A stretch of DNA of 64,000 bases, from assembly GCA_000320545.1 (NCBI GenBank), contig ADNK01000827.1, positions 1,347-65,346 of the forward strand. The letters are read 5' to 3'. The notes beneath the pieces were generated by a model. That model saw only the letters and a list, made by a program, of their open reading frames with translations, was not told where the DNA came from and ran no database searches. This document shows, piece by piece, positions 13,030-25,296 of this stretch (the stretch's first letter is position 1; every line of letters starts with the position of its first letter). A program made the translations under genes and the position numbers. This DNA comes from Bigelowiella natans CCMP2755. Taxonomy: Eukaryota > Protista > Cercozoa.

Positions 13030-14795
13030 TCAGTGCAGACAGAGCACATCGGGAGTCTGTAAGAGTAAGCCCTGTCTCACAGAATCTAAGGTTGGATTTG
13101 AGGTAGACTTATTCGCAACTGGAGTCTCAATAAGGCTGTTGGACATGATATTAGAGCTAGTATTTTTATCAATGGGTGGTGATAGAGATCTGTTCAGAAG
13201 CCATGGAGGGGGGGTTGGTATATCTGAGGAAGTTTCAGGAAGCGAAGATGTTTTCCAGGATTCCGAAGTCGTGAGCCAGGGAGCGGGTGGTGTTGGAACC
13301 AAATCCTGTTGTTTTATGGTTCGATTGTGTAATTTTTTTGAGGAATTTGCCGAAGTGCTGTTCACTGCGCCTCGTTTATAATGTATCTATTTACCTCTCG
13401 CCGAATTAGAAATTCGCTATTTTTTTCAAAATGCGAAAAATGTACTTAGTGTATGTTGTCCTCTCCCTCGCACACACACACACACACACATTGATATATA
13501 AAATGGAAAATAGTTCTCGTATAAATGCAGAATACCAGAGGTAAAGGAGAGGAAAGGGATGAGGCTGTCGTTGTGAGGAAATGATCATCGATGGAAAATT
13601 GATTATCGTTGGTCTCCTGCCTGTACTCGCTGGCCTTCCCGACCTCAGTGAGATTTTGGTGCATATGTGTTTGGGTAACTATGGCCGACAATTTTGCGGT
13701 TTCTTTTTCTTCGACAGAAGTGGAAGCTTTATCAGCACACCTTTCACCACTTCCAGTTCGTCGCCGTCTTTCCGCCTGAATTTTCTTCAAGCATTTTCCC
13801 CAAATTCCTTGATTTTGTTGGCTACGTTTCCACCAAACACCTTCTAACCCAACCAAACATTTCTCTAGTCGAGCTACAGCATCATCTCCACATATTTCCA
13901 CCACACCGTCAATCACTTCCTTTGTCGTAGCTTCTATTGCGTCCCAGCTATGTCTGACTTTAATGCCCGATACATACCAGTGTTCTTGGAGGAACGCTTC
14001 TAAGCAAACTGTTGCTATGTCGAGAGCACGAGCATCCTTCAACTCCATAAGCTTTTTCTCAAAGCACTGTTTTCTCAATATTTTTTCGATGCAGCTCATT
14101 ACGTTGAAAGCATGCCGGCTAAGACGTTTCGGGTTCCATGAAGATTTGTCGACGCGACACTTCCTCCTCACCTGCTCAGCGAGTTTCGGCAACGGGAGAG
14201 GTTTCAGGCTAATCTTTCTCTTCTTCAAGACGATGCAGCCGTCCTTCCCAATAACCGGTCTATCAGTCCATGGGTCAGTTACAACATTGCGAGCGTAGTC
14301 GTTGAGACCAGCGTTCCCATATTTATCTTTACCGAGCCGAATTATCAAATCGATTCGCTTGCCACTTGTTCGCAGGCCACGAACCTTCAGAAGTCTTTTT
14401 ATCTCCTGGAAACATTAATTCGCGCGCGCGCGCGCACACACACACATAAATTTATGAATATGTACATAAAGAGAGGGGGAGGGGGGGGGACCTGAAGGAT
14501 GGGCCCTTCGTTGGCGAAATCCTTTGTGAATTCGTGGTTCAGTAGACGTGCTATGAGCTCCTTTTTCGTTCCAGAAACTTTCATATTGACGGCTTTCAAA
14601 AGATCTTTCAGGTCTTCCACTTTCAACTGTTATCAACATTTTGAATCGACTTAAAGTTATGCAATTACTTCTGTCGAAAAACAAATCGATTCGAACGTCT
14701 CTATAAAACACAAGAGTTTAACAATATTTTTGAATTACTTTCTCGAAGAAGTTTTTCTGCTGCCTTTTTCGTTTTTTGGGGTTCTTTGAAGACAT
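13030..14795 (-). CDS. SAP-domain protein, multi-exon
   Basis: Exon 1 MSSKNPKKRKK; SAP-like motifs KVEDLKDLLKAVNMKVSGTKKELIARL and IKRLLKVRGLRTSGKRIDLIIRL; long exon in ORF 13446-14348; Ser/Pro-rich last exon 13030-13370. Confidence 0.7.
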
Positions 14796-15609
14796 GATCA
14801 ATCCCTGTCGCTGCGCCTTGCAACTATCTTGTAAGAGCAGTTTGACGAATGGGGCTGGGGACGCGGAGACACAGTTACAAGTAGAAAGCCTTCTTTCTCT
14901 ATCTACGACATCTTTTACCTACAAATTTTGGTACTAATCGAGGATTTGGTGGAAGTATGAAAAAGCGTACAGCAGGGCGCGCTTTTCTATGTTGAAAACA
15001 AGGTAAATTTCGTCTGTACGACATCTCTACTCTTGGAACACAGAAACGGAAACGACGTCTAAAAAACACCTGTATAAATACTGCTGCGTCAGAAGGAAGT
15101 TGAAGTCGCCCTTCAATTTTCAGGATCCAATAGCAAGATAATATTAAGATCTATACCGGAAGAGGCAGAAGGAGGAAATTGGATGCAGAAAAGAAAGATG
15201 TGGTTGATCACGACAAAATTGACAATTGATGATGCATTTTGAAAATATGATACTTTAATATGATTTCGTATGAATGATTAGAAATTACTCATATTGTCGT
15301 ATGTTCAAAATGTAACTTGGTACCCAATTTGATCATTGTCGCAGTCTAAAAATCCGATTGTATTTCCACAATCGGCTCGGCTTTGGATGAGAAGGAGAAG
15401 GAATCTCTACCAAAACAGACACACCGATTGTATAAAGACACAACCCATTAGGCTTCGCAATCGCCCTTCACCCGCAACCACGCGGAAGTTTATCACTACC
15501 ATGACTAAGATAGGGCATCTTTGATCATTAAGGGAGACGTTCAAGTGACTAGATCTGGATCTGTGGCTTTTTCACGATGGACTTCATAACTCGATAAAAT
15601 GATGGGGAT

Positions 15610-15672
15610 CCTCTCTCTCTCTCTCTCTTACACACACACACAAACACACACACACACACAGAATGAGAAAGT

Positions 15673-15725
<53 letters not shown>
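15610..15725. repeat. Compound (CT)n/(CA)n/(GA)n microsatellite
   Basis: Directly visible. Confidence 0.9.
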
Positions 15726-15728
<3 letters not shown>

Positions 15729-15989
15729 GGTTAGGGAAAAGAATAGAGATCCCGATTGGGTAAATGGCACTGACCAGCAGCAGCATATGTTCACTATGTT
15801 CACTGCTGTTGGTCATGGTGCATGAGGTTCGACTCCTCGTGGGATCGCGACGGGGGCATCTGGACGGCTAAAATCGGATGGGATTTGCCCCTTCAAAGCT
15901 TGAGGTGTCTTCCCATTGTGGAGGGCTTAAAAGATGGTGTGTGATTCCGCTTCCTCAAGGTAGCTACTGGTGATCGAGAAACCAATATG

Positions 15990-16600
15990 ACATATTTCAT
16001 GTTCTACATAGTCTTCCAAATAATATCTATGAATCAACATTTCATCATCTCTCATGAAAAATTCTGTGTTATAGTACCTGCAAAATATATTCTTTTGTAT
16101 TTTTCATTATTATGATATAATTCGATAATACGCCTTTCACCTTCAACTGTGAGGCTTAATCGGAATTTCGTTAATCTGAAGTTATTCAAAATTTTATTAT
16201 AATCCATACCAAATGTATATTTTTCAAAATATAAATTATGTTTCGATAATGAAGTAGTTTTTTCAGACTTATTACTATAATTTATTGTTAATAATAATTC
16301 TTCTGTTACTAAATCTAATATTTGATTTACAATATGATCTTTTGAATAATTATATATTTTTAAGGTATTTTTATTAGACTCCCCTTCCATTTTCCATTTT
16401 TTTTTCTGTGAATAATCTAGTTCCTTTCAACAATTTTGAGTTTTGATTTATGAATTCTTTGTATAAATGATCACTGTGTTTTAAGAATGCTCTCTTAATA
16501 TTATGATATAATAATTAATGCATATTGTGTGTCGTGTTTTGATATAGTCCATGAAATAAATTGCATTTTTTGTCGAATTAGTCACTGTGTCTTTTTTCCC
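15990..16600 (-). other. AT-rich island with a 112-aa Asn/Lys/Ile/Tyr-rich ORF (16052-16390); possible foreign (viral or organellar) fragment
   Basis: Abrupt drop in GC content relative to flanks; AT-biased codons; adjoining open frames on both sides of the ORF. Confidence 0.5.
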
Positions 16601-16716
16601 ATCAAAGCACGGTCAGTCAAAGCACAGTCAGCCAGTGGTACCATCTGCATGTTCACGTCTTGATGACACATTTATCTATGCACATGCAAAGTGCCTTGTG
16701 TCTGACTCGCACTTCA

Positions 16717-17121
16717 GGCCAGAGCCCCCCCTATAGAGCCCCCCCCCCATATACAGTATATAGGGTGGCTCTGGCCGTGTGTCTCGAGTGTGTTCATGTA
16801 AAATAATTCATCAGTGCATTTACTCTTTCATAACTCCACGTATACCAAACAAATGTACGCACATGTGCTAGCATGCAGTACAGCTCGCAGCATTGCCTGC
16901 AATGCGCACGCAATGGTATACATGCAATTGTGCAGTACTCATCGCGGCAATGCATCGGGATATAGGGATCATCATATGTGCGTGTACTATACATGATATC
17001 TGGTACAGCGAAATTATTGACATGAGTTGTGTACTATACACGGCCAGAGCTATAGCCCCCCTATACATATAGTACTGAGAGCCTATTAGGGCTCTCTGAG
17101 TACATAGGGTGGCTCTGGTCC
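16717..17121. repeat. Two related palindromic mini-elements (16717-16776 and 17042-17121), MITE-like
   Basis: Each begins GGCCAGAGC..CCCCCTATA and ends TAGGGTGGCTCTGG(C/T)C, the near reverse complement. Confidence 0.75.
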
Positions 17122-17705
17122 AGGAACGATTCAAGTTGGAATTTAACTTGTTCGTGAGAAAACCGCAAAAGCTTGATAAGAAACCAATCTAGCTATGATG
17201 AACGACTATACGACACTCTGCGATGCAGGAGCAAGAGCTGCATGCTACAAATTCTCTGAGGGATAAAAATGAAAACCGATGGTGGAAATCCAAGCACGCC
17301 ATACAATTAGATATTTACGTTGAAGCTGAGTAACATCTAATAACACGCACAGGCTGCGGCTAGCATTATGCGCCATCGTCATGTAAGATGCGTGCTTCCA
17401 CATGTGTGCGATGTGTGCGATGTGTGCATTGTGAGTGCATGCGTATGATACACGCCAGAAACTCTCCACGGAAACCATCTACATGTAGGCATGATGAGAT
17501 AATTGTTTTAAAAGTAATTTTACGGCGCGTAGAGAACTGGACAATGTGGACCCGTGCGCAGGATTTATTTTTCAAATTTCTATTATTTCTGGAAATGTCT
17601 GTTAAAATGAGACTGCACCATGAAGCCAAAAACGAATGTCGATGAAATTTCTCCAGATTTGCCATAACTTATGGCTAGAACAAAGTTTCAATAAACCAAG
17701 AAGCT

Positions 17706-18650
17706 TCATTTTTTATCAAACACTCCTGTTGTGCTAAGAATTACAATGATAATCACTCCCACGACCAACAATGCCAGTGTTGCACATATGCACATCTTCT
17801 TCCGTGCAGCAAGATTATACTCGGCTGCTTTTTGGAGCTCCACAACTGCCTCCCCGGTATATTCTTTCGCAGATGCAACGTGAGCGGTGATGTTATCTAT
17901 GGTTTCTTGTTGTGCATCTACAAGGGTTGCCATTTCCTGGAACATAGTTAAGATTTCTTTGACACCTCGGTTGATTTGGGCCACTTCATCCGCTTGTGCC
18001 ATAAGACGTTGGAGTTCTTGCTGATCACCATCAAGGCGGGATTGAATGTACTGTTGGTCCATTCCCTTATCTATAAGGTCGTCTGCTTGCTCGTCTGTCA
18101 TGTCCTCGCTGATGAACTTCAGATCCCGTTTCGCACGATTGCGAACTTTTGCTTTAAAGTTGTTTGCAAGACTACTGTATGTTTTGTTAGCCTCGTAGTA
18201 CTTCTTCATGTAGAAGTGATACATGTTCAGTCTTATTTGCGACTTGACCGTCCCCGTTTCTTTTTCTTCAGCATTGATGGCCTCAATTTTATCTTTGAGC
18301 CCACCCTTGTCGATCATCGCTTCCTTCAGTTTACGAGATTTTGCTCTGGATCGCTTTAGCAACTTCTCTACTTTCGAGATGATCTTGTTTTTCCTTTCTT
18401 CGTTGAAGACATTATCTATTTCCTCCTTTGCGGCTTGAATTTCTTCGCTGACTTCTTCCAAATACGTAATATCTGCTGCAACAGGATCGAATCTCTTCAG
18501 CTCGTTGACAAACTTGTTGTATTCCTTATTTTCTTTGTCATCATCATCACATTCCTCCAGGTCCGAGAACTTTCTATCGGACTGTTCGCCGATTTCTTCT
18601 TGCAGGTAGAGGTTAAGAGTTTCGAGATGTGAGCGCACCTGGGCGGACAT
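17706..18650 (-). CDS. Syntaxin (Qa-SNARE, plasma-membrane/syntaxin-1-like)
   Basis: Helical Habc region, SNARE motif EILTMFQEMATLVDAQQETIDNITAHV with central Q, ARKKMCI and a C-terminal TM helix. Confidence 0.93.
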   Translation of the reverse strand: MSAQVRSHLETLNLYLQEEIGEQSDRKFSDLEECDDDDKENKEYNKFVNELKRFDPVAADITYLEEVSEEIQAAKEEIDNVFNEERKNKIISKVEKLLKRSRAKSRKLKEAMIDKGGLKDKIEAINAEEKETGTVKSQIRLNMYHFYMKKYYEANKTYSSLANNFKAKVRNRAKRDLKFISEDMTDEQADDLIDKGMDQQYIQSRLDGDQQELQRLMAQADEVAQINRGVKEILTMFQEMATLVDAQQETIDNITAHVASAKEYTGEAVVELQKAAEYNLAARKKMCICATLALLVVGVIIIVILSTTGVFDKK

Positions 18651-19452
18651 CTTCCTGCAGGAAAGGTTACGTATGAGCGAATAAGTTTCGGACGGTGAGA
18701 GAAAATTTTCTAGCTGAGAAGGGATCGTGAAAATGACCCAATGCTACATAACTAGATCTCCGCCTCTCCAAGGCAAAACACAACAACACTGAACACAATC
18801 ACTCTCTCTGTCTCTCTCCCAGAGAGAGGGAGGGAGAGAGAGAGAGCTTGCCAAGCAAAAATGGTGAAGCACAAAGAGAAAAGATGAATTTTCAGGATTG
18901 TAGAGATAGAGATATAGAAAGAGGGTCAGTGGGGGGAAAGGGCAAGTCTGTCACAAGCATACGCACCGGAACGCCGGGGGGGCACGAAGTCTAGTATCTA
19001 AGCCACATATCAACCAAAATAATTCGAAATTTACAATAATTAGATCCTATTTAATGGATAACTCAGTAGAATTTGTTGTCGTTTAGACAAATATCAAGCA
19101 CCGTTTCCGGCTTGCTAACACGTGAAATCCATGCATTCGATATCTTATCCGCCAGTAGCGGATAGTATCTGCACTAGTATCTGATTTTGTAAGATTGTTG
19201 TAGTTGTTGTGCAACATTACCAGGATTACTCTCTTTTTTGTTGTTCTACAGGATGACCTGGTAAATTCTATTCGGTAATAATGGCATTGACTCGGTATAG
19301 CAATGTAGTGACTAACTGGCTAAATATGTTCATGTTAAAAATGCATATGATTCAGAATCTTAGATGTTTTTAGTTAATAATTTAGTCAAGTATAGCATGA
19401 AATCAGACGCACGGTCGAGCCAAGGATCGAAACAGGCATCAGGTTGCCTGTC

Positions 19453-20205
19453 ATGGCGGAGTCATCAGAACGACCTTCTGGGCAACCCAAGGCTGCCCAT
19501 GAAAGCGCCACTCCTGGTCAAATACGACCTCGCACTTCAAAGGGGATCGGATCAAAGAGGAAGCAAGGACCGAAGAGTTCGGATATTAGCTCAAGGGAGA
19601 AGAGACTGCGCAAAACTATAGAGCCCACAGACGCAAACTGTAAGAGAAAAAAATGTAGAAAGAGAGTCAGGACCAAGAGAAAATAGAAAGTGTTGTGTAT
19701 AGCTTAGTACTAAAGTGCGAATTTTAGATGTCAGTATGTGTATGTGTGTGTATGTGTATGTGTGTGCCTTTGTTGTGTCCGTCTGTCCGTGCATTGTTGG
19801 TGTGTGTTGCTTTTAAATAGATACACAAATACTGGCGACCCTTTTATTAATATTTGCGTGCATTAACTTTAGTAAAGACCTTGATGTATGCTCGGGGTGA
19901 TGACAAAGAACCGCTCCAGGAATCAGTGGACCTTTTGAAGGGAATGATATGCGAATTCATCAGGAGTATGGTAATCTTACTTGTTGCACATTTTTAATTG
20001 CCATGATTCAACATCGATGCGGAACAATTATTTTCAGATTCAAGATGCACTAAAAATAGCTCCTCGTGACAACCATGTGAATCTTTCACATATCAAGTAT
20101 GCGCTAAGAAAGGATCGCCCGAAAGCATTTGTGGCAGAGAAAAGATATACCCATTATAAAGAGTTGGAAAAGGAAAGACGCAAGGCTACAAAGTTTACGT
20201 TCTAG
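19453..20205 (+). CDS. TAF13: TFIID subunit 13-like, multi-exon
   Basis: Exon ~19873-19970 KTLMYARGDDKEPLQESVDLLKGMICEFIRSM and last exon IQDALKIA..IKYALRKDRPK..ELEKERRKA match the TAF13 histone-fold pattern. Confidence 0.8.
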
Positions 20206-20866
20206 TAGATTAATAGCAGAACTAGTAGATATATACATAGGCAATGACTTTTTCAACATGTTTACTGAGAGTCAATAGTAGATCATCACAGAGAGCTAAA
20301 TGATAAATGTTTGTTATTTTCTGATGGGATACGCGGCTTGTTGTGGCATGCTCCCTTAACCAAATATCTCTACCCAATTGCTTGCTCACTCATATTCGCA
20401 TCATTCATGCCATCACAATGGTGCCACATAGCATTGCTGGTGCGTAGATGTCAATATGTGTTCACACGCGCATTCATTGCAGTTTAATCCGGACACGCAA
20501 ACGTGTACATGAGAAATAGTTTTATTAGACCGATCGCGTGTGTATAATTTGCATATACTATTGCTGAAAATTTAACGATTCCGATGGAATACGAACTGTC
20601 ATTACATGTCTAGATGTATGTGCAATATGCTGGAATATTGCAAGAGCATTGCTACTCATTTTGCCAGTACTAGAGTATGTAGGTAGCGTGAAGCCATGCA
20701 TGCATGCTGGCATGTGCAATGTGCATGGCAGTCTATTGTAATAACTAATGTATAAACATGCATAATGCTTTTAAATGTGGCAGATGCGGTCGAATGTGTT
20801 GAGTATAATTTCGATATTGATTCGAAGCAATTCGCAATTGGCGCCAACGGCGGGGCCACAATGTTG

Positions 20867-22158
20867 CTAGCCTAATCATCATTGTAGAAAATAAGACTTT
20901 AGGGGTAGGGTTAGGTACACATAAGTTACAGGCATGATTCACATTTCGATACGATTTTGTCAAAATTATGAACAATAGCACTTACCTCCACCAAGCCTAT
21001 CCGCTCCAAAATTCCATTCCTCCCCTGGAGCTAGGTTGCTGGGTACCCGTGTCCAGTTTTCATCCAATCCTACCAAAGGATCAACTTTTTCTTTCTTAGA
21101 TGCATCTTGTTGCTGATTGACGAAGGATCCCGCTGGCAATAAAACAAAATTTTCAGAAATAATCACATAAATTTGCATCTAGATACTTAATTTTATAGCT
21201 GACTTACCATATTCATATTTCTCAGCCAAGTAGCTATCCCAACCATAGGATTCTCCCAGGCTTCGTACAAGTGACTCTCTCACCATCAGCTGCTTCTCCT
21301 TTTTCTCAGGGGGCTCTGAGTTAAGTACTGCTTGTGCGGCTGCCTTTGCTACTTCTCTTTGTGCAGTGAGCTTGACATCATGGTTTCTTACCTTGTCTGA
21401 TCGCCCTTGTCTCCTGCGGTGTTTTCTATGATGTCGCCGTTGTCGTTTACTTTTTGAAGAATCACTGCTACTAGATCTAGCACATGATTGAGAATCTGAT
21501 TCGGACCCACTCGAGCGTTTATGAGTTCGTCTTGACGATGATTTTTCATATCTTCTCTTCGAAACACGGCTACTCTTTTTTCTCTTTCGTGCCTTCTCAC
21601 TATTATTTTCATGATTTTTTTTTTTCCTTCTCTTACCTACATGGCCGTTCGTCTGTGAACGGGCTTCTTCATTAACATCGTTATTATTGTTTGGTTCCGA
21701 AAATGCGATCCTCGCATTTACACCCAAAGCTATACTGAGACGTTGCTCGTCTTTAAGTTGCTCTAATTTTCTCTCTCGATCGAGGTCTTCCTTCGATGCT
21801 TGCATAAAATCAGTCAGTTTGGTCTTGTTCTGATACCAGTTTACATCTCCCGCCCACCCAGGTGCTGCATGTACGGAATTGCCAATGTAGTAGCTCCTCT
21901 CGTTTGGTGCGAATTCCTTTAAATTTTCCCAACTAAAGTTTTCATTACGACCGGTTCCCGTCCTCTTTGGGGCGCGGAAGAAGTGTGAGCTCCATTCTTT
22001 GTCTCCAAGATGCTTCCAGCGTGGACTCTTCAACAATATTAAATGCATGGAAATGAAGGTTCCGACGCTTATAATGGCAGTCGAGACTTTCGAGAGCCTT
22101 CTCCCTCCGAGCTGCCGCCCCCACCGCACAAGCGGAATCATCATTCACGAGGTGCCAT
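20867..22158 (-). CDS. MMTAG2/C1orf35-like protein with an Arg/Ser/Lys-rich tail
   Basis: GTGRNENFSWENLK..ERSYYIGNSVHAAPGW..DVNWY and EQLKDEQRLSIALG resemble the MMtag domain. Putative exon 1 ATGGCACCTC at 22158; 3' introns near 21204 and 20981. Confidence 0.65.
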
Positions 22159-22893
22159 TGTTTCTTCTCAATCTCGTCAGAGGCACGTCATTATATTGTT
22201 GAGTCAATGAAATTTAGTCATTGGCCTCCGCAAATTATACCTTCAGTGCTCGTCCTAGGTCAGAGGGTGTGAGACCAGAGGGGACCGTGCATTGATCATC
22301 ATCGCTGATGCGGTCGAAATCGTAGCAAATAGGGAGTTAAATTTTAATCTCTGCGACAACAAAAATGAGGGGAAAACAACGGGATTTGTCCTGCTAGTCC
22401 TCGAGACATACACCCCTGTTGTTGCAACAAAAGATACTCCAGAAAAGACCAGCAAAAAGCAAATTCCCACCTTGGAAAAAAAAAGGGAAAAAATTGATTA
22501 TTGGCAGAAGTGCTCTTGAATTAGACTTCAATTAGATTGGGATACTACCCTTGACGTTACCAAGAAAACCCAGGAGATGACAACGCTATATGGATTAAAA
22601 TGATGATCTAACATCCAATATCACCAGTAGAAGGTAACGCCGTGAATTCAGAGGATACGTCAAGAACTCGTATAGATTCTTACGGAATAAAAGCATGTGT
22701 TTTGAGGAATCTGAAGAAGAAAAAGAAGAAAGGAATAATTATCAGAAGGAGAGAAAGGAGCTTCTTCGTTCCCAGGTGCCCTTCACGGTAGAGAAGGATG
22801 AGGATGGGGAGGGGGAGCAGGTGGTCAGATGATGGATATGTGAGTGAATGTGTTTGTGTGTGCGTGTGTGTGATACCTTAAGGCAGAGGGAAA

Positions 22894-24777
22894 ATGGGAA
22901 ACTCATTACAAAAGTTATTCGACGACTTGGACGAAAATGATGATAGGTATCAGCCTAAGTCCAACCTCCTCTTACTATTCACAATTACTGATGGCTTGTC
23001 TCGGAGTGTTCTACCGGATTACCATATGTAGCAGCTTACTATCAACAGTTAACAATGAGCATGAACTAAGATGCAATTTGCATGCACGTTTCGATATCGA
23101 CACTTCAGGTTCCTTGATCGAAGAGAGATTTGCAATCTTGTGGTTGCATTGCCTTTCGAAGGAAAGGTAGAGGATTTGCTGAGGAAAATGGATATGGTGA
23201 GATGATTAGATGTAAAGGCTGCAGCCAATGAAAAAAAGTCGTTGCATTGGCTGAAACGCTGTGAAATTTGAACAAGTTGTTCATCTAAGACCTACTTACC
23301 TCGTTCTGAAGGCGAATAATTGAAAAAACACATCAACAATTATCCCGCTTGTATAAAATTCGCATGTCACGCACATTGACTCTGCTTTATATTTGGAAAT
23401 TGGGTTCCCATCTCTGTGGGTTTTTGTTATTAATATTATTTGGGACTATGGACTATAAACATTCCTTCATTTTGTTTGGACGTCATGCACGGGGGGGAAA
23501 TTCCCTCAGAACGTGAGAGATTATTTTAGAATCTTCACAACACCAGAATAATTTCGACACAAAGAAAGATTCACCATCATCATCATCATCATCACATCCT
23601 GAGCTTTCCTCCCACGATGGTGTATTAATATGTGCCAGAATAAGGATGGAAAGGTATCCCAGACAGAGATGAAGAAGTACTTTAAAGATATTAAAGCAAG
23701 TAAGGAGGAGATAAATCAAATTCGCAAAAGACTGAAGGTGTGCAAAGGATGTATTTGTATGCGTTATTTTCTCGATGCAATGCATTTCGTATATATTCTC
23801 TTTACATAGTCGCACTCCATTTTGTGGAGAGCGAAGTCTCTACAACTTAGGCACACTGAATAATATTATAATATAATCTGTTTATCTTAATGGATGCCGT
23901 AGAAATTCCTTGCTGCCAAGAGGGAAATTGAGGCGGAAAAGAAGAAAGCTGCTACAAGTGCGAGTTCAGAATCACTGGAAAATAAAAATGTCGCTCCACA
24001 AATTGCTGCGCCTGCTGAGGAGTCTGCTGGCCAATCAAACACGCGTAAGAACAGAAACAATACTTTGAAACACATGTACAATCATGAGCCAAGAGGGGGG
24101 GGGGGGAGAGGACAAATGAAACCTACAACTTTAGTGATGATTCTGGGTTTCTTACTAAATGCGTCTACGGTTTGCTTGCTTGATTACTGCAGCAGCAGCA
24201 CAAGGAGCTTCAGATGACACGGTAAAAGAAGGAAGAGGAGGATGCAAACAGGCCACTGCTACTGTGGGCTCGAAACTGAAGATGGGAAGCCAAGCAGCTA
24301 ACGATGATGATAATAAGGCGATGCTGGATTTAGATGCATTTCTCGACGACGCAGCGTCGCCCAAGTTGGAAAATAAAAATGGAAAGCCCCAAAATGGCAA
24401 GGCTGATACCAACGATGGTAAGATCATTAGCAAATCAACTGCATCCTCCGACAGCGGTGAAAAGGGGGTGGACCCCGCAGTAGCAGGAGCAGGAAAGGTC
24501 GTCTAACGCCACCCACAGCATTGTTTTATTCCGTTGTTTCTGCCACTGCCACCACCGCCACCATCATCATCATCACCACCACCACGTCTTACACGTTGGG
24601 AGAAGATGGACATGCCAAAATCTGATCAGTCTAGATATCTGTTATCATTTTCCCACAGGTTGAGAAGGATTGGGAAATCGTGGAAGAGGATGGCAATAAT
24701 TACGGTGGATCATTAGATGATAGGGCTGTCAAGAAAGGCACACTCAAGGTACAGACGATATGCATATAAATAAACAA

Positions 24778-24814
<37 letters not shown>

Positions 24815-25237
24815 TATGTACGTACGTGTGTGTGTGTGTGTGTGTGTGTGTGTATTGATACATACAACCTTGGTGATAGTGACGATGATGATTTTGATGA
24901 GCTTTTGACGGATAAATATACAGAAGAATTAAGTCTGTTCTATTACAAGTACCATGACTACTACTACTACTACTACTACTACTACCACTACTAGTAGTAT
25001 TGGCACAATTGCATTCAAATGCTGGTCTCCCTTCTCTATCCAATGTCGTCGTTAGCTGATTAAAGTTTCCCTCCCCCCACCCCCTTTCTCCAAAACATAC
25101 GTAGAAAGGAGACGTTGTAGAAGTTTGGTCACGACGTATTAAGAAGTAAGAGAATGAGATTTCAGGGTTGGATAGAATAGAAATCGAAGGCCGGGAAGGA
25201 GATGAAGAATCATTCCCCCCCTCTCGGCTGTCACACA

Positions 25238-25296
<59 letters not shown>

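Noticed and set aside
14880-15550. Plus-strand gene divergent from the SAP gene
   Set aside because: Coding-like fragments are present, but stops interrupt every frame I tried and no family is recognisable. It may be a pseudogene, but I cannot support that.
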